This document shows, piece after piece, positions 30,673 to 37,500 of a stretch of 37,500 nucleotides of DNA (within the stretch, counting starts at the first letter, position 1; each line of letters starts with the position of its first letter). This stretch comes from Cyanobacteria bacterium P01_A01_bin.123 (lineage in GTDB: Bacteria > Cyanobacteriota > Cyanobacteriia > Phormidesmidales > Phormidesmidaceae). The position numbers and the translations under genes are program-made. The DNA is taken from assembly GCA_039815185.1 (NCBI GenBank), contig JBCBZT010000063.1:1-37500 (forward strand). Direction: 5' to 3'. Under the pieces are notes generated by a model. The model saw nothing but the letters and a program-made list of their open reading frames with translations. It ran no database searches and was not told the DNA's origin.

Positions 30673-32571
30673 CTAAAGCAGGGTGGTCGGTTTGGTTAGC
30701 TCATGAACAATGCTGTATACGGTCATCGGGTTGGCACGTCCCCGTAGTTTAAGCTCACCCATCGCCTGCCCTTGATAAAGCTGACTCACATGAGAGTAGG
30801 TTACTTCACTCAGGAGGATCGGGTAAGGCGTGCTAACAGTCAAAGTTTTAGTCATATCCTGCAAGCGAGCAGCCACATTGACGGTATCGCCAAATAAAGA
30901 ATAGTTGATCCGCTGCCGACTGCCGACAGTGCCACCGATCACCACACCCGTATGAATGCCAACGCCAAAGCGAACAGTTGGTAATCCCGCGGCGGTAAAT
31001 TCTTGATTCAGGGTTTGCAACGCTTGGTACATCGCCAAACTTGCACTCACCGCTGCGCTCGCATCCTGCTGAATTTCTTCAGGTAAGGTATGGGGTACAG
31101 GTGCCCCGAAAACGGCCATAATGGCATCCCCAATATACTTATCGACAATTCCACCCTGGGCCATGATGCAGTCAGTCATGACCTCAAAATAACGGTTTAG
31201 CCAAGGCAGCAACGCTTCAGACGGTAGGGTCTCTGTAATGCTAGTAAAGCCGCGAATATCGGTAAACAACACTGTCGTCGTCAGCTCTTGGGGCTGAATT
31301 TGCCCTTTGCTTAAGATGTCGGTCTTGTGGTGCCACATTAAGTCCGCCATCTCAGGAGACGTGTTCAGGGCCAGCAGATTCATCAAGGATTGTCTTTCCC
31401 TTTGTTCGATGAACTGTAGGCTCAAGCCGCTCAGCAAACAGGTACCAATCGGAGCTGCTACTGGCAACCAGACCTGCTGCGTAAAACTGCCGTAAGCGAT
31501 CGCCAGCCAAGCCGATACCAGCCCCAACAACACCAACACCCGCCCTTTGAAGGTTAAAGGTTTGAGCACAAAACTGGTTGTCATGCCCAATAGCAGTAAG
31601 ACACCCGCCGTTTTTTCAAAAGACCACCGTTGCAGCAACCGATCTTGCAGCAAGTTGTCCACGACGGCTGCATGTAAATAGACACCAGCGGTTGGCACTG
31701 AAATGTGGAAGGGCGTCCGGAGCGGATCGAGGGCAGCTGCAGTAATTCCGACAAGCACAATTTTGTTTTGTAATTGATCTAGGGGGACTTGACCTTCTAA
31801 AACATCGCTAAACGATAGAACTTTTAAGGCGTTTGGATGGTTAGATTCTGGTTGGATGGGGCCAGGCCAGTTCAACCAGGTTGATTGTGAGTTGAATTGC
31901 TCGGGCTGGGCCAAAACCGCAGGGTCAATTTGAGGCAGATCGGGCACGACATCACCTAGCGTCTGGCTTAAGCTGAGGTTATACATCTGCAACAGCGCCA
32001 CCCCCAAGATGGGAAAACGCCCCTCATACAGCCAAACCCGACGGCTAATGCCATCAGTATCCACCGTGTGCTTTACATGGCCGAGCAAAAACGTGCCTTC
32101 GGCAGGTTCCGTGAGGGTGGGGCTGATTTCCAGGGCATTACCAGCCCCGTCATCGCCCACCGCCAAAACGACGTTACCGCTAATCGCAATGCTTTCAGCA
32201 AAGCGGGCATCGTGCACAGTAGATTCGGCAAAGATAATGTCAAACCCAACCGCTGCAGGTTGGGCGGCCAACAGCGTGTCTAAAAACGCCCCGTAACGAT
32301 CGCGAGACCAAGGAAATCGGCCATAGCGATCGAGACTAGCCTCATCAATGGCAACCACCACAATCCGCTCATCCCAATTGGGGGGAATCAAACGAGCACG
32401 GGTTTGAAAAAGTCCGTTGTAAGCCAAACGCTCTAGCGGTTCCCAAGCCTGGATTGACAACAGTCCAAGTCCTACGGCTGTCGCAAACAGACCTGAAAGG
32501 AGCGCTGAATTTGATCGGTGCTGCTGCCAGAATTGGGTGAGACGTAACCTGAAATGATTCACCACGCTCAT
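30673..32571 (-). CDS. CHASE2-domain class III adenylate cyclase
   Basis: IVVVAIDEASL...FPWSR, VGFDIIF; 3 TM; VLFTDIRGFT, DKYIGDAIMA, YSLFGDTVNVAARL (K and S specificity residues suggest ATP substrate). Confidence 0.94.
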   Translation of the reverse strand: MSVVNHFRLRLTQFWQQHRSNSALLSGLFATAVGLGLLSIQAWEPLERLAYNGLFQTRARLIPPNWDERIVVVAIDEASLDRYGRFPWSRDRYGAFLDTLLAAQPAAVGFDIIFAESTVHDARFAESIAISGNVVLAVGDDGAGNALEISPTLTEPAEGTFLLGHVKHTVDTDGISRRVWLYEGRFPILGVALLQMYNLSLSQTLGDVVPDLPQIDPAVLAQPEQFNSQSTWLNWPGPIQPESNHPNALKVLSFSDVLEGQVPLDQLQNKIVLVGITAAALDPLRTPFHISVPTAGVYLHAAVVDNLLQDRLLQRWSFEKTAGVLLLLGMTTSFVLKPLTFKGRVLVLLGLVSAWLAIAYGSFTQQVWLPVAAPIGTCLLSGLSLQFIEQRERQSLMNLLALNTSPEMADLMWHHKTDILSKGQIQPQELTTTVLFTDIRGFTSITETLPSEALLPWLNRYFEVMTDCIMAQGGIVDKYIGDAIMAVFGAPVPHTLPEEIQQDASAAVSASLAMYQALQTLNQEFTAAGLPTVRFGVGIHTGVVIGGTVGSRQRINYSLFGDTVNVAARLQDMTKTLTVSTPYPILLSEVTYSHVSQLYQGQAMGELKLRGRANPMTVYSIVHELTKPTTLL

Positions 32572-32602
32572 CTCTCTCCCCTGATCTAAATCATCAACGC
32601 CA

Positions 32603-33466
32603 TCATCTCACTGCCAAACGATAGTCTTTGGATTCCCCAAGCGGATTGCGCACCGTTAGGGTGATAGGGAGATCAGGGTTTGAGCGCGAGATAGTTGTGC
32701 TCACCTCTCCAGTCAGGCTCACGGGAACATCTTGTCCTTCCAGCAACACAGTATTAGTGGGATTAACCTGTCCTTCCAGCAATAGCATCCGGTCTTGCTG
32801 TTCGAGCAAAATCAGCTCAAATACTAGTTCTCGATCCAATAGCTGAGGAGGCGTTGGGGGTTCTCCTAGAGGAATAGTAGAGGCAAATCCTGCCTCTACC
32901 AACACCAATTCTCCTTGGGCAACCGCGTCTACTGTCCCCTCCAAAGTGCCCACACTGGTTTTACCCGTATCGGAGACACTGACGCCAAATTCGGTTCCAC
33001 GGACGGCAGCTACACCACTAGGGGTGTGGAGTTCTAATCGACTGCTGGGATTGCTCAAGGTTCGGGCTTGAATCCGGGCTTGTCCTTGGGGGACGTTCAA
33101 GAGGGTGACAGTGGCCCCATTTGACAAGGTATCGAGTCGCTCTACAGAGAGACGTGTATTTTGGGCGACTGTGACGGTGCCGATGCCGTTGTCGATCGAC
33201 AGCACTGCACTGGCGTTTCTGCCTGTATTAACGCCGTGGCCTGAGGCTTCTAGGCGATCGCCCACGCGCGCAGCACGACTCCCGCTTCGGAGGTAAGTGA
33301 CGTTGCCAGAGGTGCGTCTGATTTCTAACCAGCGCCCTCTAACCTGGGCCTGAGAGACTGATAAGAAACCCGCGCCCACAACCAAAGTTGCTGTGCAAAA
33401 GGCTGTTATTGCAGGACTGGATTTGTGCCAGAATGACTTACACTCCGGGGCTCTATGCTTCCACAT
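32603..33466 (-). CDS. exported FecR-domain protein
   Basis: Signal-like N-terminus; V.TG.NASA.L, HTPSGVAAVRGTEFGV, LEGTV; directly upstream of CHASE2 cyclase. Confidence 0.88.
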   Translation of the reverse strand: MWKHRAPECKSFWHKSSPAITAFCTATLVVGAGFLSVSQAQVRGRWLEIRRTSGNVTYLRSGSRAARVGDRLEASGHGVNTGRNASAVLSIDNGIGTVTVAQNTRLSVERLDTLSNGATVTLLNVPQGQARIQARTLSNPSSRLELHTPSGVAAVRGTEFGVSVSDTGKTSVGTLEGTVDAVAQGELVLVEAGFASTIPLGEPPTPPQLLDRELVFELILLEQQDRMLLLEGQVNPTNTVLLEGQDVPVSLTGEVSTTISRSNPDLPITLTVRNPLGESKDYRLAVR

Positions 33467-33551
33467 TGCTTAATATCGTCGGGATGATGCTCCCTGAATA
33501 GTGAGTCCACCCTTTAGACTGCCCATAAAATCTCAGTGATATCACGCCACC

Positions 33552-34793
33552 TCAGTGACTCTGTAAAAACAAAAAGAGCCCCTGTAGACAGCCAATTGTG
33601 AACCCTAAAATGCCCCCTAAATTGACGATGGCTTGCAGTTCACTCCGGACGATGCCTTGAATATTCATCTCTAGATCGCGAGCTGAGGTCGCCATCACCC
33701 GATCGTAGATGACCTGGTCGATATTCAAAATCGGAATCGCCTGGGCTACGATGTTTTCTAAATCTTGCTCTAGGTAGCGTTCTAAAATCAGCGCCAGTTC
33801 TTCACTCACCATGCCGAGGGACTCACTCACGACCACTGAGGTTTGCAACCGACTGAGGAGTTGAGCCGCCAGTTCTTCCCAATCAATGGAGTTTCCCAAA
33901 CCCTCTATCGCATCAGTACCGCGCACTTGTAGATAGTCTTGGACAGTTTCTCTCAGCGTACGGCGGAGTTGACGGACTGTGGAAACGGGTAGATTTTGCA
34001 GGGAAAAGTTTTGCAGGACTTCTTTGAGCCGCGATCGCAGATCTAAGGCCATCGTCAACTCAGCAATACGAGCGTTACTAGCCTCCCGTTCATCCAGACA
34101 AAAGGTGCGTAATCGTACTAAAGAATTACGCACCCCAAACAAGTTAGCCACCACCCAATAGGTACCGCTCGTCTTTTCGCGGAAGGTTTCATCAATCACG
34201 CGGATATTGCGATCGGTGAGAAAATCCACGATGCCCTGACGCACCATATCTGGCGGCAGAACGCCATTCAAAATCCAGCTCGATAGCTGCTGGGCTTGGG
34301 CATCAGTTAATTGAAAGTCAAGTAAGACCTGGTCAAAAATTTGATTGAGCTGGGCTTCCAAAAAATCTTGCTGCCGCGACCAGACTTTTAACAATCGCGG
34401 AAAAGCCTGACTAAACACATCGCGCATCACGTTGGCCAAAATCTTAGTGGTGCGCTCTTGGGTTTCTGCCTTCACCTGATCTAGAGCCATCTTGAGCAAC
34501 CAGTCGATAGCGCCTTGAATACGCTCAGTTGCCAACAGCCGTCGAGCTAAGTTTTGCAGTTCTTCAGGGGTTAGCAACGACCCCATAATCGTATCGGCGA
34601 TGCGTTGAGCCAATCGCCCCTGATTTCTGGGAATGAGTCCTGGTGTAAAGGGCAACTGCCATTTACCAAGCTGTTTCGCTTCGTAGGGGCGAAACAGCAT
34701 TTTGATCGCGATGTCATTGGTGAAATAACCAATAATGCCGCCCACTATCGGGGACACAATTAGCAACCCTATCTGCGACCATGCCAACGTCAT
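33552..34793 (-). CDS. DUF445 family protein
   Basis: [40 protein letters not shown]. Confidence 0.92.
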   Translation of the reverse strand: MTLAWSQIGLLIVSPIVGGIIGYFTNDIAIKMLFRPYEAKQLGKWQLPFTPGLIPRNQGRLAQRIADTIMGSLLTPEELQNLARRLLATERIQGAIDWLLKMALDQVKAETQERTTKILANVMRDVFSQAFPRLLKVWSRQQDFLEAQLNQIFDQVLLDFQLTDAQAQQLSSWILNGVLPPDMVRQGIVDFLTDRNIRVIDETFREKTSGTYWVVANLFGVRNSLVRLRTFCLDEREASNARIAELTMALDLRSRLKEVLQNFSLQNLPVSTVRQLRRTLRETVQDYLQVRGTDAIEGLGNSIDWEELAAQLLSRLQTSVVVSESLGMVSEELALILERYLEQDLENIVAQAIPILNIDQVIYDRVMATSARDLEMNIQGIVRSELQAIVNLGGILGFTIGCLQGLFLFLQSH

Positions 34794-35530
34794 CGCGTGG
34801 TTACCAATATGCCCATCATGCCGCCCAAAATTGGATAATGAACGGCATGACTAAATCCTGCCTGAGTTGCCAGTAGCATTTGGGTCTTGCCTTGGGGGAA
34901 ACGAGCCAAACTCGGACTAATGTAAGCATACTCTGCGGTTAAGCCGCAGCGATCTGCCGCAGGAAGGACAATAGTATCGAGATACCACTGCTGAAATTGT
35001 TGCATCCAGGGATGGTCGGGGCGATGGAAGTCTAATATGGCGGCTTTGGCACCGGGTTTAAGCACCCGATGAAGTTCTCGCAGACAACGGGGAATGTCAG
35101 TGACGTTGCGTAAACCATAGCCTACGGTAGCAGCATCAAAGTTGTTGTCTGCAAAGGGGAGGGCCAGCGCGTCGGCCTCAACCCAGCTGATGGATGGTTG
35201 AGGCCAGTAGCGTTCGGCTCGCTGGCGGGCGATCGCCAGTTGAGCAGTGGCAAAATCTGCACCGATTACCTGCCCTGATGTACCCACACGATGAGCCAAC
35301 AACAGCGCAATATCGCCGCTACCACAGCATAGATCGAGACAAGTCTGTCCTGGCTGTGCGCCACTCCAGTCGACAGCCATCTGCTTCCACAACTTATGCA
35401 GACCCAAGCTTAGCTGTTGATTAAACTCATCGTAAACCGGGGCGATGCGATCAAAGAGTTGACGGACGGTTTGAGCGGTTGGGCGATCGCCTAACTGCTG
35501 ATTCATATCAGAAAAGGTGTCCCTTGCCAT
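34790..35530 (-). CDS. menG: MenG/UbiE phylloquinone methyltransferase
   Basis: [48 protein letters not shown]. Confidence 0.9.
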   Translation of the reverse strand: MARDTFSDMNQQLGDRPTAQTVRQLFDRIAPVYDEFNQQLSLGLHKLWKQMAVDWSGAQPGQTCLDLCCGSGDIALLLAHRVGTSGQVIGADFATAQLAIARQRAERYWPQPSISWVEADALALPFADNNFDAATVGYGLRNVTDIPRCLRELHRVLKPGAKAAILDFHRPDHPWMQQFQQWYLDTIVLPAADRCGLTAEYAYISPSLARFPQGKTQMLLATQAGFSHAVHYPILGGMMGILVTTR

Positions 35531-35574
35531 AGGTTCCCTGGGCTACTCGGCGTGAGAACCATACTGCCATATCC

Positions 35575-36507
35575 CTAAGCAACTGCCATAGCGCGTATGC
35601 AGGTTAACACAAGTGCAACTTGATAAATGGGCATTTCCAGCAGTGCTGTGGCGTTTTCGAGCAGTTCGTGGGGTTGATTCCAATGCAAAGAAAGAATGGC
35701 GACAACCTCATTGCGGAAGACCACTGGCAAGACTGAATGAGCTTGAATCCCTTCGGCTTGGTAAAGTGCTGTGGTAGCCAGGCTTTCATCAATCCCGGCG
35801 TTGGTGTTGATCTGGGGACGCTTTTCTGCGATCGCAGCCTGCACAAGCCCATTATCCATCAGGCTATCTGCCGCTGCACTAGGCGCTCCATAGGTGCCCA
35901 GCATCGATGTTAACACCCCACCTTTCACCAACTGGAAAATGCAGCTATCGGCAGACAGATTTTGGCCAAATGCCAAAGCTAGGGGTTGCAATGTGGCAGC
36001 CAAATCAGATGCTTGTTCAGAGAGCTCAAAAATGGTTGCCATGAGAGCGCTTTGAGCCTGAGCATGCTGAATTTCTTCCGTGCGCTGCTTCAGCAAATCA
36101 TAAGTCTCTACAGCCCGGTCTACCACAACCTTGAGTTCTTCAGGATCCCAGGGTTTGGTGATATAGCGATAGACCTGACCTGCATTAATGGCATCCACCA
36201 AGTCTTCCACATCGGTAAAACCGGTCAAAATAATCCGCACGGTGTCGGGGAACTCCGGTACCGTTTTACTCAAAAACTCAGTGCCTTTCATCTCTGGCAT
36301 GCGCTGGTCAGAGATGATAACGGCAACCTCACCTTCAGTGGACAACAGTTCCAAAGCTTCTATGCCGCTTTTTGCGCGGAGAACCTGAAAATGACGGCGA
36401 AACGTCCGATACAGCAAATCTAGATTGTCTGGTTCATCATCAACAACCAGCATCCGAGCTTTTTTCGATCGACGTTGTCCGTTAGCGGAGGAGGGATTAG
36501 AAGTCAT
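35575..36507 (-). CDS. response regulator (REC + GAF)
   Basis: LVVDDEPDN, IISDQRMP, ILTG, YITKPW; C-terminal GAF-like (LPVVFRNEVVAILSLH). Confidence 0.9.
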   Translation of the reverse strand: MTSNPSSANGQRRSKKARMLVVDDEPDNLDLLYRTFRRHFQVLRAKSGIEALELLSTEGEVAVIISDQRMPEMKGTEFLSKTVPEFPDTVRIILTGFTDVEDLVDAINAGQVYRYITKPWDPEELKVVVDRAVETYDLLKQRTEEIQHAQAQSALMATIFELSEQASDLAATLQPLALAFGQNLSADSCIFQLVKGGVLTSMLGTYGAPSAAADSLMDNGLVQAAIAEKRPQINTNAGIDESLATTALYQAEGIQAHSVLPVVFRNEVVAILSLHWNQPHELLENATALLEMPIYQVALVLTCIRAMAVA

Positions 36508-36641
36508 AGGTTACCTTAGCCGGTTCTACAAGTTGAGACAAAGGTGAAGGTATTTTCAAATCGGGTTAGGAGCTTGACTCAAAAAACTCCGTCGTTTTGT
36601 CACATCATACAGTTTGCCCAGGCAAGCGGATGGATGCAACT

Positions 36642-37010
36642 TTATCCTTGGCTGAGTTCAATCACATGACCATCTGGGTCTTGGCTAAACAGTGCGGCTC
36701 GGCCCGACCCACTCAACTGCACCAAAAACCCAGCATTGAGCAGTGCTGTTTTGGCAGCCTCTAAATCTTTAACCGCAAATGCTAAATGAGCGTTGCGCCC
36801 CCACCTTTCTGCATTGTGTAGTGGGGAGGATGTGCTGCCCACTGCCAGCATCAAATGGAGTTGCAATTGCCCCACTTGATACCAGAGACCGGGGAAATTG
36901 AGGGGGCGATCAACTTGAGGTAGCCCCAAAACGTGCCCATAAAATTGCTCAGCCTGATCCAAATCGCTGACTAATAGGGCTACATGTAAGGGTCTGAGGA
37001 TGTCTAGCAT
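36642..37010 (-). CDS. VOC/glyoxalase family protein
   Basis: HVALLVSDL..A..FYG.VLGL, HLAFAV.DL, QDPDGHVIEL. Confidence 0.92.
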   Translation of the reverse strand: MLDILRPLHVALLVSDLDQAEQFYGHVLGLPQVDRPLNFPGLWYQVGQLQLHLMLAVGSTSSPLHNAERWGRNAHLAFAVKDLEAAKTALLNAGFLVQLSGSGRAALFSQDPDGHVIELSQG

Positions 37011-37204
37011 TGACGATCGCGATTGGGGACTCTCTTTAATTAAACCTCGTTCATATCCAGAACCATTATTTTTGCTTGAGGTTTTTGCTCAAGTTTTCAA
37101 ATCGGATGGGGTCTATCGCTTCGTCTAGATTAACGTCTGGGGAGAAGACGCGTCAGGCACAGGGCTGATTGACTGACAAAACTTGTAAACAGACTCTTAA
37201 AAAG

Positions 37205-37274
37205 CCCTCTCCCTAGCCCTCTCCCGAGGGGAGAGGGAACCGAAAAAGTGAATTAGCTCCCCTCGCCCCCTGGG
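37205..37274. repeat. REP-like palindromic repeat; second unit truncated by IS insertion
   Basis: CCCTCTCCCTAGCCCTCTCCC-GAG-GGGAGAGGG, then CTCCCCTCGCCCCCTGGG broken off at 37274. Confidence 0.7.
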
Positions 37275-37500
37275 CTATCCCTTACGCAAAAGTATGTAGA
37301 AGCATTGCTAGTTGGTGATTTGAGGAGACGGTTGCGAGAGACTGGTGCCAGTAAACTGAGTCAGAGCCATCAACACCATGCAAAATTGGGCGAGCTGAGA
37401 AATAAATCCGGTCCATTTCAGCGATTTGCGTCATGCCAAACGGCTAAGCGTTGTGCTGACAACGCTAGGAAAGCATCCGACCGCGAGTGTGCCTGAAGCC
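37275..37500 (+). mobile_element. left end of IS4-family (IS50/Tn5-like) insertion sequence
   Basis: 19-bp end CTATCCCTTACGCAAAAGT (37275-37293) matches Tn5 outside end CTGACTCTTATACACAAGT at 13/19; followed by transposase-like frame. Confidence 0.75.
37378..37500 (+). pseudogene. Tn5-like transposase N-terminus with in-frame stop (runs off right edge)
   Basis: MQNWAS*EINPVHFSDLRHAKRLSVVLTTLGKHPTASVPEA fits WA..E.....GD.R..KRL......L...P..S.P.A; TGA at 37396-37398. Confidence 0.75.

Noticed and set aside
37305..37496. 63-aa ORF
   Set aside because: Alternative frame over the disrupted transposase.

Overview
Cyanobacterial chromosomal window (dense HIP1 GCGATCGC octamers; full kaiABC; hetR-like gene; probably a non-heterocystous, salt-tolerant lineage given a gghA-like gene and acidic PstS). 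Left to right: 5' part of glucosylglycerol hydrolase, Uma2 nuclease, kaiC-kaiB-kaiA divergent from a hybrid histidine kinase, Zn-ribbon protein + GT4, PucC/BCD MFS + inositol monophosphatase, acidic repeat protein, DUF456, an unannotated 43-aa ORF below a perfect NtcA box, Ser/Thr kinase-WD40, an AraC regulator divergent from a deviant HetR-like regulator with a tandem operator-like repeat between them, fused TIGR04282/04283 glycosyltransferase, pmgA, asnS, uvrB, hpxZ, DCC1, pstSCAB with Pho box, CHASE2 adenylate cyclase + FecR, DUF445, menG, REC-GAF, VOC, and a nonsense-disrupted Tn5/IS50-like element inserted into a REP-like repeat at the right edge. A ~105-bp structured MITE-like element occurs twice. 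Most interesting: the AraC/operator/HetR-like module, the NtcA-box small protein, the kai-linked pseudo-receiver kinase and the covarying repeat element. Family calls come from recalled motifs, not database searches.
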